A stretch of 63,011 nucleotides of DNA, counting the filler, from Collodictyon triciliatum (lineage: Eukaryota), in the NCBI GenBank assembly GCA_043381765.1. It is 11 parts of 11 records of this genome, joined end to end, with 100 filler letters (N's around TTAATTAATTAA, not from the genome) between each part and the next. Parts side by side here need not be neighbours in the genome. Positions count along the whole stretch, not along the records: positions 12,947 to 19,318 come from JBHJMP010004507.1; positions 19,419 to 25,792 come from JBHJMP010004508.1; positions 25,893 to 32,260 come from JBHJMP010004509.1; 8 more parts are not named here. The stretch is one strand, 5' to 3'. The notes beneath the pieces are model-generated. The model did no database searches. It saw only the letters and a program-made list of their open reading frames with translations, and was not told the DNA's origin. Of this stretch, positions 13,057 through 26,480 are shown piece after piece (position 1 is the stretch's first letter; each line of letters begins with the position of its first letter). The position numbers were made by a program, and so were the translations under genes.

Positions 13057-16000
13057 GATTTGTACTGCTGCGAGCTGAGGACAATATCATTCTGTTCGAC
13101 ATCCAACAACAAAAGGGCGTTGCTGATGTCACTCTTTCTGGAATCAAATACGTAACTTGGTCTCATGATATGTCATATGTGGCACTCATCAGCAAGCATG
13201 GTTTGACACCCATGATAATGTTATTCAAATTAACCAACATAAACACGATTATTTTTTTTCCTTTCTTTTTCTCTTTCCCTTCACCCAGCCACAGTTGGGT
13301 CTGGGGGCTTATATAATATTTTCAATCAAAGTTTTTTCCTCTTCTAGTATTTTTAAAATGTAAATTATCTAGTCATTACAATCGCCAATCGAAAACTGGA
13401 GGTATTATCCACGATTCATGAAACAATCCGTGTCAAAAGCGGTGAATGGGATGATCAAAATGTCTTTGTATACAGCACTCTGAGCCATCTGAAATATGTT
13501 CTTCCGTGGGGGTGAGTGGAATCAGAGATAGCCATATTCGATATCGATTGCTTTGAGTGAATTGCCCTCCTTCCTATTAGTTCACATAACATCTGTTACA
13601 GGTACTTAACTTTGACCTTCCTTCTTTTTTTTTTTCTATCAGAGACTCAGGTGTTCTGCGTACTTTGGAGACACCCCTCTATGTTGTCCGAGTCAAAGGA
13701 AAGCATGTATGGGCTATTGATCGAGACAACAGAATTCGCAACGTTCACATCGACAACACAGAATTCATGGTAAAAATCTCGGTGAACTTGACAAAGAACT
13801 TATTTGTAGAAAGGTAGCTTCAGTAGAACTAATGAGTCTTTTAATTAATCAACCAGTTTAAGGTAGCCTTGGACCAAAAGAGATATGCTGAAGTTCTTCA
13901 CATGATTAGACACTCAAGATTATGTGGGCAGGCCATGATTGCGTATCTTAGGAAGAAAGGCTACCCAGAGGTTAGCGACAAAATCACTTTCATGCAGCTC
14001 AAGTTCTTCCACTGTCATATCTTTTTCTTGCTACTAGATCGCTCTCCACTTTGTGCGTGAGGACAAACTTCGATTGGATTTGGCACTTGAATGTGGAAAT
14101 TTGGAGGTTTGTCAGGAGTAGTTACTTTTCATCGGAGCACATCAAACACATTCTGTTTGCGCTTCCCCCAGCCCTATCCTGCTGCATATATGTATTATTT
14201 TTAGTTTGTTTCTTGACAAAGATACCTATCAACCCAAGGTTGCATTGGAGGCTGCTAAGAATCTAGACGACAAAGATTGCTGGAACAGATTGGGTGCCGA
14301 GGCTTTGAAACAAGGAAACCACCAAGTAATTGACTGGCTGTAACTTTCTATCTGAATCAGTTTTTTGATTATTTTACTTTATTAAGGTTTTTTATGACTT
14401 AGATGCGCTCTTTTTTTTAAAAAAAAAAAAAAACATTAAATTTCAGGTTGTTGAGATGTCTTATCAAAGAACAAAGAACTTTGAAAAACTCTCCTTCTTG
14501 TATCTCATTACAGGGAATATCACAAACCTATCGAAAATGTTGAAGGTATTCCTCTCATTTGCAGTTATTTAGTTATGCAGCCGCATTTTATCATAAATTA
14601 ACCATCATACGCTCGTTGTGATTATATGACCTTTTTACTAGATTGGAAAAATGAGAAATGATATTATGAGTCGCTTCCACAATTCTCTTTACCTTGGTGA
14701 CGTTTCCGAGCGTGTTGCTGTTTTAGCTGAGGCTGGCTTACGTAAGTCCTCTGGACAGTTGTTAAAATAAATCGTCAAGAATTACCATTCAAAAAATAAA
14801 CGTGTTGACAGATCATAATTTTCAAATAAATAATAGTACAACTCGCTTATGTTCTTGCCTCTACAAACGGACTGGAGAGTGAAACCACTGTTTTGGCGCA
14901 GCATTTGGGAGAAATTCCTGAAAACTACATCTCCCATAGTAATGTCCTGATTATATTTGGTCATTATTCGTGAAATGTATTCCCTTTTTTTGAAAACAAA
15001 AATAACAAATACAATCGCTCAATTAGAGCCCCAGCTTTTTGTTCCTCCAATACCCATATTGAGAGATACCAATTGGCCTCTGCTTACGATTTCAAAGAGT
15101 GTCCTTGATGGTAAATGCCATTTTTTCCTTCATTTTTTTTCAAAAAAAAAAAAGACTTCATTCTTAAATCTCCATATTATTTCTTTCCTCAAGACATGAT
15201 ACTCCTCCAAGTGATGTGCTGTTTACACTTTCCAAGAGAAAAAAAACCCAAACATTATTTATTTTTTTTAAAAAAAAATCGAATATTAACCAATATGAAT
15301 AGGCCCTGTTGAAACACCTAGTAAATCTGATACTCTCTCTGCTGCGGCTGCTTCAGCTATTCATGTATTCTTGCATTTTCTAAAAAACAAAAAGAAATTG
15401 ACAAAAGGGAGAAAATTTTATTATTCACATATATATATAATGACCAGGATGAGGCCACAGAGAGTGGCGCATGGGGTGAAGACTTGAACATCGGAGATGA
15501 TGGAACCACTGACGAATCGCATTATTTGCCAGCAGAAAACGGAGACAGTGGGTGGGATGATGACATCCAGCTTCCTGATGTGCAGGTTATTGCAAATCAA
15601 GTAGTTCCACAAATCAAACCCTCATAATATCCTCTGTCTGAGTGGAAGCAAATCTCACGGTGATAGCTGATTGCATGCGTATTTTTTTTCTCTCCTTTAA
15701 TTTAGCTGGCAAGCACGGCAGGTTCTTCTGTAGGTGCTTCAGGCGGTTTTGTAATGCCCAACGGCGGAAGCAGCTTCTCCCAGATTTGGTGTCAAAACTC
15801 TTCATTTGTTGTTGACCACGCAGCCGCAGGATCCTTTGAAACAGCGATGCAATTGCTGAATAAGCAGCTCGGTGTCATCAACTTTGCACCTTTGAAGCAA
15901 AACTTTCTCTTTTCATACATGTCCAGTGCCAGCCAACTCGGTGGCATGATGTCTTCTCCCTACATCGCATACCCCATTCAGCGCAATTGGGCAGATGCTG

Positions 16001-17341
16001 GGAAAAGAGGTGAATGTTTCTGATGCCTCATTCTTACTCGCCTGGTTATACTTTTTTTTTAAAAAACAAAAAAACAGAAAACAAAACAATAATAATAGTA
16101 ATGATGACATGAAACACAATGATTGATTCATGTATGCATTCCTTATATAAACACCATGGATTTCATTTCAGGTGGCCTTCCCGCAAATCCGTTTTCGCTC
16201 GTCGAACTTGTGGAAAAATTAAAGGCCGCGTACTTGGCTACAACCGGCGGGAAGTTCGCTGAAGCACTTTCCCTATTCACAAATATCATACATGCCATCC
16301 CATTCTTGATTGTATCCAATAAGCAGGAGGTGATGGAGGTATGTAATATAAAAAAAATATGTGCTTTGAGGAGGCCTGCATTGTCTTACAGTACTCAGTC
16401 AAAGCTGCAAAACTGTTTAGGCGAAAGATTTGCTTGGAATATGTCGCGAATATATCACCGGTATCAAGTTAGAATTAGCAAGAAAGGAAACCCAGGACGC
16501 CACCCGACAAGCGGAACTCTCTGCTTATTTCAGTCACTGCAACATTCAACCCGTTCACTTAATGCTCAGGTTTCAATCCCACATTATGAGTATGTATACC
16601 CCCAGATAACTGCTTCGAGTTGTTGCCGTACAAAATAATTCCTGTCTATGCGAGATTATATCAACCTATGGACTGTATATAATATAATCTATTGCCAGTT
16701 TAATGATTTCATACATATATTTTATCGTGAAATAGTCTCCGCTCAGCCATGAATGTCCATTTCAAAATCAAAAACTTCTCGACTGCCGCATCATTTGCAC
16801 GCCGATTACTGGAACTCAATCCAAAGCCTGATGCAGCCACGACGGTCCATGCAGAAAATTAATAATAATAATAATTAGATTTTAATATACGCGAAAGATG
16901 GATTTGTATATCTAAACCATTCTATTTGCGCGTATAATACGTAGGCTAGAAAAATCTTACTATTGTGCGAACAGAGCAACTTTACACAAGAACAGGTTTG
17001 CTTTCCTCATTATCAAAACTCAAACAAAATCATTTGCAGACTTTTTCAAAAATATTCTTTTGTTGAAATAGCGCAAAGAATAATATGGTAATACATTAAT
17101 GGGAGAAGAGACACCCGTGTGGTCCATGTAACCAACAAGTTATGAATAGAAAATCGACTATGACGAGCGCAATCCATTCACCATCTGCGGCAAATCGTTC
17201 CAGCCGATTTACAAGGGGAAGCCAAACGAGCGTTGCTCTTACTGCAACACATCGTACCTGCCCGAACACCGCGGCCATGTTTGCAGCATCTGTCAAATCG
17301 GTCAAATCGGAGCAGAATGCTCTGGTCTTCGCATCATTTAG
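13057..17341 (+). CDS. COPA: Coatomer subunit alpha, 5'-partial, multi-exon
   Basis: Motifs [94 protein letters not shown] and the C-terminal [20 protein letters not shown]...SGLRII*. Confidence 0.97.
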
Positions 17342-18766
17342 TGCATGTCCGCCGAGGGAGAAAAAAAAAAAAAAAACAGAAAGCAACACGATATAATTGA
17401 CAAAAGGCAGCATATGTGCCAAGGACAAAGAACTGATGCACCAAAAAGGAAGTAGAGAAAAAGGATAAGCAATCACTTCCCTTTTTTTTTCTCTCTCTCT
17501 CTCTCTCTTTCCCACATTCTTCAATTTCAACGAAAAAATAAAATAATATTTTCGGACAACTAAACGAAGCCAACGAAATAAACAAACAATGAGGTCGATT
17601 TCTTTCCGGTTTGCGCCAGAAGTATGAACTCGGTATTATATATTATCTGTTTTCCCGTTTGTATACTGTTTCATCGGGCTCTTGAGAATGTTGCTGGCAG
17701 AGCAGAAGAATATTTATGGACTCTCATTCCCATAAACAAACGTCTGTGTTGGATACCAATTCTATAATCAGGCAATATTGGCGAAGATATTCCTGTCTGC
17801 GCAAAAAGACAAAGGCATCGGCCATTTTTTAAGATTTGTCCGTGCACATCAAGTCTATTCTTTCTGGATGCAATGAGCTTAGATTTCCAAGTCAATCTTT
17901 TTCTTTTATGGATTTTGTAAAAAGTAAAAAAAAAAAAAAAACTTGCACTTAAATGAGAATAAAAACCAATGAGTTTGCGGAAATCTTTTTCTTGCGGAAT
18001 TGTAAGTGGGCTCCGCGATGTCAAGAGTGACTACTGTTTTTTCTTCTTTTATTCATTCATTTCTATTTGATTGCCAAAGTCATAGAATGACTATATTGTG
18101 TTCAGCACCCAAGAAGCAAATGCTTACTTTACCCGCTTTTAACGATGCCTTCGCTGCATGGTTTCTCGAAGGTGTAATTCGTCAATCTTGCAACGCTTGA
18201 TGGAGGCAGGCAGGAAAGCACAATTCGATGGATTATTATTATTCAATGAAGAAAATTCATCATTTTTTTTTAATGAAATCCAAGTCAAAGCAACGCTGGG
18301 ATGAATATTTTTGTCGTGCCTTCTTTTTCGTAAAAGCTTGTCGCTCATCAACCATGTTTTAAAAACGACGAGACAGACAAAAGTGAACGAAGGAAGCCCA
18401 GGATATGACAGTTGTCATTGAATGATGTGAGAATGATTGTGAATGAATGAATTTGTGGTAATTCGGAGACTAACAGAATCTTTTTTCTAGTAGAAAATAA
18501 ATGAAAACACATATTATGACCAACTAATCAAGGTCGCCCATCACAACAGGAAATCAGTTTGACATTGCGAGGATGTATCAATCCAGTTTTTTTACATGGA
18601 AAAAAAAAGCGAAACCAATGCAAATCTGTGGCTGTGAGAGAAATAGGAAACTGGTTTATGAGAAAAAAGAAAAGTGAAAAGTGAAAAGTGAAAAGTAAAA
18701 AGAATAAAAGAATTGTGCTGTCTGAATCATGTGATGTATTTTTAAGTGTAGCCTTTCGGTTGTGTC

Positions 18767-19092
18767 TCATGCCTTTGGTGCATCCGAGGCACTTGATGAT
18801 GCTGCTTGCTAAATGAGGCCGAAACGAAACAAAACAAATAGAATTCAATAATATAAACATCTGCATCGTTTATTATATATTTATTTATTTAGAATGAATC
18901 ATAAGTGTGATTTTTGGGATTGTGAGTGTAGAGATACAAGTATAAAAGAAAATTGCTTATTTACCGATTTAAAATCCTGGAGCGACTTGAACTGGTCTAA
19001 AGCTGCCTGCAGTTCAGGAATGATGCGAAGAGGGAAAGATTGCTTTCGGTAAATGAGGTAAGCTTTAAACTTCTCAAGTCCATACAAATTTC
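18767..19092 (-). CDS. LARP1: Last two exons of a La-related protein 1 (DM15 domain C-terminus)
   Basis: Exon 18965-19092 encodes GNLYGLEKFKAYLIYRKQSFPLRIIPELQAALDQFKSLQDFKS, matching the LARP1 motif LYGLEKFWAFLKY...L..FRRLEDF. Final exon 18767-18808 encodes QAASSSASDAPKA*. Splice phases are consistent. Confidence 0.82.
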
Positions 19093-19094
19093 CT

Positions 19095-19139
<45 letters not shown>

Positions 19140-19150
<11 letters not shown>

Positions 19151-19318
19151 AGAAAGCAACACGATATAATTGACAAAAGGCAGCATATGTGCCAAGGACA
19201 AAGAACTGATGCGCCAAAAAGAAAGTAGAGAAAAAGGATAAGCAATCACTTCCCTTTTTTTTTTCTCTCTCTCTCTCTCTCTTTCCCACATTCTTCAATT
19301 TCAACGAAAAAATAAAAT
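19140..19318 (+). repeat. Near-identical second copy of the COPA 3'-flank (about 17366-17544)
   Basis: About 180 bp are identical apart from two substitutions (GCACCAAAAAGG vs GCGCCAAAAAGA) and homopolymer/CT length. The copy begins at a long poly-A run. Confidence 0.95.
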
Positions 19319-19418
19319 NNNNNNNNNNNNNNNNNNNNNNNNNNNNNNNNNNNNNNNNNNNNTTAATTAATTAANNNNNNNNNNNNNNNNNNNNNNNNNN
19401 NNNNNNNNNNNNNNNNNN

Positions 19419-19650
19419 TTTTCGACTTGATGTCCTCAACCAGGCTTGTCCATTTGCTATCCGATTGTGGACCGAATATGATACCAAGATACTTGAGTGG
19501 ATGTGACGGTGACTTCCACACAATGTTTCCTGGAAACACAAGTCCATCCTGAAAACCGAAAAGAATTCCATCTGTCTTGTCATAGTTGATTTTACCGCCG
19601 ACAGCTCGCGTGTATTCTTGCATGCATTTGTTGAAGAGTGTGGGTGGATC
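19419..19650 (-). mobile_element. 5'-truncated non-LTR retrotransposon (L1/Tx1-like) reverse transcriptase fragment
   Basis: CMQEYTRAVGGKINYDKTDGILFG...PLKYLGIIFGP...WTSLVEDIKSK contains the RT motifs G.KIN..KT and KYLG. The frame runs off the contig end. Confidence 0.85.
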
Positions 19651-20213
19651 ATTTATGATTTGCAGAAGAATGATGAGCAATAAGTTGGAAATAACAATCC
19701 AAATGGATTAGAAAAAAAAAATAAAAATAAAAAGAGGCAGAACAAGATTAGATTTATTTTGGTCAGTCCTTAATTCAGTATAATTAAACCCATCGCAAGT
19801 GTATATTTATTCATAAGATAAATTTCTCCATGGCAGAATAAAGTGGTCGTTAATGTGAGGGCATGAGCGAATCATTATAGAAAAGAGAGGTGCTGATTTC
19901 AGCCGTAAAGTGAAAAAGTCAATCAGGAGTGATAAGAGAAGAACAATAGATTGAATCGAATAAAGGAAAAAAAAAAAAAGAGAAGAACAATAGAAAAAAA
20001 TAGTAAAAGAAGAAAGGAATAAACAACAGGCTATGTAAATAAACGCGTAGATAGGGACAACGGGAACGGGTAAATACTCATGTGGAAAAGTAAAGAATTG
20101 ATAGCATGCCAGATTCCAATGAGTTGCTGGGGGTCAGTGTCTATAAGATCCATGGATATCTTTTCATCTATTATGAAACTCTTCCAACCAGGTTTATTTT
20201 CTTTCGACGAGGT

Positions 20214-20986
20214 CTACATGATTTGGCAGCAACTATTCCAAGTGCAATAAATAAGTGAATCAGGAGAATATTGGTGGGCGCTTTTCTTCTTCTTTGATTT
20301 GGTTGTTGCTGGTATTATTTGACATATCATATAATGTGGAATGAACATCAACCATGTCGATTTGTCCTGATTCATCGTGTCACAGTAGACACAGCGGAAA
20401 GAGTTCGATGTTACTTCATTAACTCCTCCACAGTTACGACAATACTTTGCAACCTACAATTATGTATTCATCTGTTGATGCAAGGAGATGACTTAAATAT
20501 GCTGGCCATACATTTTATCTTTGTTTTGTTTTTTCCCTTGAATCAGATAAAGGAATTTTTTTTATCTTTGCCTTGTTTTTCTTTAACAAGTGATACATAT
20601 AATCCATAAATAAGCGAGAACCAATATGATTCACCTTAATTCTAATGCGCATACAAAAAAAAAAAAAAAAAACGCGATATACTTACATGAGGGTTATGAG
20701 GAGAGGAAGGAGATACATCATAAATACCATACAAACCATTACTATCTCATAAGAATTGTAAATACCTTACGAGCCGATCCTGGCCCTCCATTTCCCTCTG
20801 CTCAAAACAATCATGTCAAAAACAATATAGGCATTAGGGATTAGTATAATCCTGACTTTTCTTTATGAAAAAACTCGGAAGGAAAATAGAGGTAGACAAA
20901 GGAGGGAGCTGCTTACGCTTCGTGTCGATGGTTTTGTAACTGACATAGTCAACCCCTAGCAGAGACTGAGTTTGATCCGTGTTCAT
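20214..20986 (-). CDS. Small (~60 aa) zinc-ribbon protein ending in a CaaX prenylation motif; four exons
   Basis: Predicted splice product MNTDQTQSLLG..|REMEGQDRL|VAKYCRNCGGVNEVTSNSFRCVYCDTMNQDKST|CCCQIM*. Exons 20353-20453 and 20214-20232 are phase-compatible; the 5' exons are less certain. Confidence 0.6.
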
Positions 20987-21894
20987 TTCTGACAACTGTT
21001 TACTTTTGAAGTGGCTTCGGACAAGGCAAACTAAAAACAAAGCAAAAAAAAAACAAAAAAAAAGTATATATAAAAAACTTGGCTGGGCCAAGCCATACTC
21101 GCTGAGCACCCGCAGTGGGGAGAAGGGCGTGCGATCAGGAAGGAAGAGAGCGCAGAGAAATACCGACTCTTTCAGCTATCTGTGTCCTCATGGCATATTG
21201 TCAGAGGCCGACTCTCACGCGTTTGCTTCCCACGAAGGAGAATCCCTCGAATCAGAAACGCTGTCGGGGGCGTGTTTTTCCTTGGCAGCGCCATTGTGTG
21301 TGATGCACTCCCCTCGTGACTTGCGACTTTCAAGCATATCATCCATTTGTGGAATATAGGTGTTTGCGTTTTTAAATCTTATCTTTGGCAATTTTCCAGG
21401 ATCTACCGGGCCTGGGGGTTTAAGAGAAATAAGATTAGAATAAAAACAAAAACAAAAACAAAAACGAAAACAAAAACAAAAACAAAACAAAAACAAAAAA
21501 CTTGTGCAGATAAAGCAGAACCCCTAGCAGCGCCTGGTCAACCCTGCTTCTTTTTTTTTTTCCAGCTCTACCACAAGCCTTCTCGCACCTTCAAATAAAA
21601 GATGGCTCGTAGCCAGACGACAGCCCCAAGGAAATTATCGGGGTGGGTTCATGGCCCATATCTACGTCCCAGCCTGCTCGAAAACCCAAAATTCTTTACT
21701 TTTCATCAGGGTCCCCTACCCAAACTCCTTTTTTTTCTTCTTCTTTCTGTGGGGCTTTATTATGTGGTTTTTTAGGGGCCTTCAGACGTCGTTCATGTTT
21801 CCTTTAGTCCTTTCTTCCATGCAAAGGTGGTCACAGTTCCATGTAACATAGCATCATAGGCCTCAACACTAGTTTCGACCCCATGGAATGCTCT

Positions 21895-24148
21895 TTAGTA
21901 AGCCACCATGTATAGAGCACCACGGTACCACCCGTGAACACTATCATAAGGAGCCCCGACTATAATGCCGTCATGGTTGGTGGCAACAGAGTATCCGAAC
22001 AAGTCAGAGCCATCTTGAAGCCCCAGAGAGTATCTTGTCAAGGACCAGTACCCGAATCCGGTGTTTTGCACGACATAAGCAGAGCCTGTCATAAAAGAAA
22101 GAAGGATATACCCTAGTAAATGCTATGATATATCAAGAACCTGATGATAATACATTAAATAGACCTTACAAAAAGAACGGGCGATTTCTATTAGATTTAT
22201 AATATATTTTCATGGTTACCCCTGGAGTTGTAATAGCTTCCGTAGTATGAATAGGAGGTGGCACCAACAACGAGGTATTGTTTCTCGCGGTTGTATGCCA
22301 GCGACACACCGAACGAAGTGACATCAGCATTATTCGGAGTGATGTAATTAGCCTCGTCGAACGTGCCGAATTGGTTGAGGATGTAGTGGTACACCGACCC
22401 ACCCATGTATGTGTATTCTGAATCTTCATATGCTGCCACGAACAGATTACTTCCGTCAAGGATGACCTTGTTTCCAAAGTAGTAAGAAAACGAGCGACTG
22501 GGATAGATTGATTGTACAAGAACAGCGGAATCGAATGTGTACGTAAACACATAGACTATCCCATAACCAACATCACCTGACACAACCAACAGTCCACCAG
22601 AGGCAGAGACTGAGACACCAAATCCCTCGCCATACCGAATGTTTGGAGACTTAACTTCCAGATATCTCGGACCACGCACACGGTCAATCGACTTTGGATA
22701 ATGGTATCCGAACACAACACCACTAGATTCGTATCCATTTGTGTTTGCATAAGGGGAAGATATGAAGGTAAAGTTACCATCCATAGCCATAGAGAATCCA
22801 AAGTATTGGTATGATTGCTCAATTGGGGACGTCAGGATGAATTTTCGAGTGTAGCGATTGGTGGCAGGGGAGTAATGGAATCCATAAACAGCAGACTTCT
22901 CTGTCCCGGTGTCCCAGTCATAGAGGGATTTTGACTGAATGAGGAGGCGTCTGTTCTGAAGAACGACATTTGTACCAAAGTAGCTCGAGGAGACCTTACC
23001 AAGATACTGGAAGTGTTGTTTTAGTGTCCATCCTTCAGGCGACGTTTGAAGAATATACACCTTTCCGCAAGGAATACCGGTTTGGCTGAACTCCGAACAG
23101 AATGGTTGTGTCACTGCAGCTTCATTTCCATCAGCAGAGACAGAGTAACCAAGTTCATTGGACTTACCGTGGATGTTGCGATAAACCATGGCGTTACCAG
23201 GGAGAGACGGGCTCTGTGACGGGGTTGGTGAGGCTGTATTACTCTGGGATTGGGTAGGGGTCGATGAATGAGTCGGAGTAGGAAATGAGTCTCCTGTAAA
23301 AAAAAAAAAAAGAGTTAAATTTAGATTATGTGCGGATGGTTCCCTATTATTTGTATTGTCCTTGTAAGTTTTTCTCTATAAGATTAGAAAAAGTAAAAAT
23401 AAAATAAAATCATAGTGCAGAGATAGAACGTAGTCGTACCAACGTTCCAGACCCAAACACCAGGAACGCCGATGTTGGACTCGTATGTGGCACGGTTAAC
23501 TTCACCACGAGAAAAATCCGGACTGAAGTAGCTGTAGCCGTCTCCGAGATTGACACCGATTGTGTAGAGGTAGTCTGGCTGATTTAGGCCGCCATCAGGA
23601 TAGTTGAAGACAACAAAGAAACTCGACTCGTCAGTCACAATAGCGGCTTGGAAAGTGTTGTGGGGATATGTTATGACAGGGAACATCCCAACTTCATACC
23701 AAGTAGCCAGGTAAATACGCGAGGCGGTGAAGGAACTGTGAGCTCCACTAGGATCACTGGTGCGGATGAAATCCTCGTATTGGACTGAGTACATGCTGTT
23801 TGAGGGAATGATCTCATAGTATACTTTCCCAGCTCCGTCCCCACTGCTGCCTCGAGTGTCGAGATCGGCCCAGAGTGGCGCAATTAGGGCACCTCCACTA
23901 GTAGTTGGGAAAGGGATAGAACTTGGAGAAGTGTTGTCCTCACCGAGCGAAATGAGTCCATTCGTGCAGACATAGATGCTATTGAAGGTCTGGCCGAAGA
24001 AGTTTACGTAGCCGCTTAAGCCTTCACAGTAGTCATCATTGGCGGTGATGTACGCAGCTGTATTGTCCAAGTTGTAGGGCAGAAGCTGAGTGGCTGACAC
24101 ACAGACAAGCACACTAGCGACTACAGCGAGTACAGCACGATGATGCAT
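21895..24148 (-). CDS. Secreted NIDO-domain + S/T/P linker + FG-GAP repeat (integrin-alpha-like beta-propeller) protein
   Basis: Signal peptide MHHRAVLAVVASVLVCVSA. NIDO motifs NSIYVCTNGLIS, LIAPLWADLDTR, NTFQAAIVTD and SNIGVPGVWVW. FG-GAP repeats FGFSMAMDG, FGVSVSASG, FGVSLA and FGYSVA...IIVGAPYD. Exons 23440-24148, 22220-23293 and 21895-22085 are in compatible phase. Confidence 0.88.
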
Positions 24149-25099
24149 AATGTTCTCTTGCTTCACTGATGGCCTCAAAGCGAAGGCAAGTAGGATCGCT
24201 GTGAAACATGAAGGTGAGTTGCTTGTGTCTAGAGCCACAGCGGGGTTGAAATGAAGTACTGAAATTCTTTTTTTTTTTTAATGGACATATAACGTAACCA
24301 AAAGAAAATATTTAGAGCATGTGGAGTCTAGGCTTATATCTGGTTCAACTTTAAAACAGGGCTTGTGTCCGAAAGTGTGAATGGAAAGAAAAAAATAATA
24401 TAATAGGAGAGGGGGAGAGAGAGGATGCTTCGATGGAATCGTAGCACTGGTGTGTTAGTCTTGTGCCGTTTGAGTTTGATACATAACCACTCTATGTCTC
24501 TGTGATTGTGATGGGGAACAAGACTGAGGCTCGAGTGGCAGGTGCCCCAGATCATTCTTTCTCTGTCCGATCTTCCGCGCTTGTTTGAGTTTTGTTAGTG
24601 ACAGGCCAAATGCTGTGGTTGCAGATTCTGCGCAATTGCAGCGGGCAGGTAGGTTTGGGCCCCCTGCGGTTCAGCCGCCCTCCTTTTCCTTCCTTTTATA
24701 CCCGATTGCCTGAGACTTCTTCTGCCTGTGAGGGCGAGTGGCTTTTCTACTTGCCGGTGTCTGGCGTCGCGGGGGCTTGGCAATGATTTGAGAATGTTCC
24801 TAAACTTCACTGATTGGTTTTCTTTCCATGAATATTTGAATGAACTTGGCTTTCTTGCACGGCAATCATGTAATCGCGTTCTGGAAAAAGGCAAATCTAT
24901 AATGAAGCAAGTCCCGCAGCAACTATTCCAACCAGTAAAAGCTGTGTCTTCCTGCGTGACTGCCTTGTGTGGATGACAAAAGTGGTAATGATATTGGCTT
25001 CTTCTGCTTCTATTTTTTTTGGTGGAAACCGCGATTTCCGTCCGGTAGGTAAAAGTTCCTTCCGGCGGTGTGTGGGCGAATGAAAATTTCACAAGTTGT

Positions 25100-25792
25100 G
25101 GACTTTCTGCAAGGCACCCGATCACTTACCCGGACCGAAGAGTTGTGGGTTGCCAGGTCGTTGGAATGGATTCAGAACTACGGTCAAACCCGCCCTCGTG
25201 GAAGGCACCACCCAAGACAGCACGGGTAGGCTTATGGCCTTTGCCTGATCGCCTTCTGCACTGCAGAAAACGCCCGAAAGCTTCTAGAGTTGAAGCAGTT
25301 AAGTTTGACCGATAAGCAGCTTCAGCAGAAGTAAACCAACAGAGACCTCGGTGATGCTCTACCAACTATCGCTGGACGCGTGGCCGCAACTCCTTTGTGA
25401 GGAGCTGAATCCGTTCAGACCGACCTATGTGGACATCAAAAAAAGGACAAAGGCTTCTTCACAGACACGGCCGTGGTGAAGCTTCTTTGTCGGAAGAACA
25501 GCTCCCTGCAAAGTTTACAGTCATGAGCAAAAAAGTGTCCAAGGCGCATCCTCAAAGAGCGTCCGCCAGCCGCGAACAACGAACGACAAGTAAAAGCCCC
25601 ACAAGAGAATACACCTGCCAAGCAGACAAGCAGGAACGGGGTCAAGGAAGCCAAGGCCAGGCAGCAACAGATTTCACAAGACTCACAGCAGATACGCGCA
25701 TACAGCGACAGCGACGATGACATGGAAGGAAATCTCGGTTCCTCTTCAGAATCCTCGCACTCGAGCCCTCCACCGCCAACACCGGACAAGCT
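25100..25792 (+). mobile_element. Degenerate non-LTR retrotransposon ORF1-like relic
   Basis: GC-rich, intronless and frameshifted: AYGLCLIAFCTAENARKLLELKQLSL, LCEELNPF..., GFFTDTAVVKL, LPAKFTVMSKKV, then a low-complexity tail. This resembles the RRM-type ORF1 of LINEs. Confidence 0.5.
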
Positions 25793-26004
25793 NNNNNNNN
25801 NNNNNNNNNNNNNNNNNNNNNNNNNNNNNNNNNNNNTTAATTAATTAANNNNNNNNNNNNNNNNNNNNNNNNNNNNNNNNNNNNNNNNNNNNTTCTTTTT
25901 TTTCTTTCTTTTTTTTCTTTCTTTTTTTTCTTTCTTTTTTTTCTTTCTTTTTTTTCTTTCTTTTTTTTCTTTCTTTTTTTTCTTTCTTTTTTCTTTCCCT
26001 CACC

Positions 26005-26480
26005 TGTACTGTAATGCCCGTTGGTTCCACGCTAACTACAAAGGCCGCCTTTCTTGTCATTCTTGCACCGCAAAAGGCGCGCCACATCCTGTGCGAAAAG
26101 CAAGGGAAGATCACAGAGGTCTACACTACCCTGCAGCAGGAGTTTCTGAACGAAGGCAATCGCGTCCCACCAGCGCGCTTTGGGGAGGTTTGTATTCTCA
26201 AAGACAATCTACTAGCACACCAAAAGAACCACCCCAGAGCCGCGTCAAACAAAGAGAAAATGCAGGCTATATTATTGTCGGATGTTTGTCTACTTTGCAG
26301 GGGCGACGCTTCCTTTTGCTTCAGGGTTCTCTAAAATAACACCTATCCTCTCAGCTCGCGCAAAAGTACTCTGAATGCAGCTCTGGAAAGAAAGGCGGGG
26401 AGCTTGGTTGGTTCCCGAGAGGCAAAATGGAGTAAGTATTCTCATAACACCCCACTGGCAGCTGGGGCTTGAGGCCATGT
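26005..26480 (+). mobile_element. Degenerate non-LTR retrotransposon ORF2 C-terminal relic; further GC-rich TE-like debris may extend to about 28030
   Basis: KITEVYTTLQ...LLSDVCLLCRG resembles the zf-RVT/cysteine-rich region of LINE ORF2. Interrupted by stops. Confidence 0.4.

Noticed and set aside
17590-18360. Possible small spliced gene between COPA and LARP1
   Set aside because: Exon-like patches exist, but I could not build a consistent gene model or recognise a motif.
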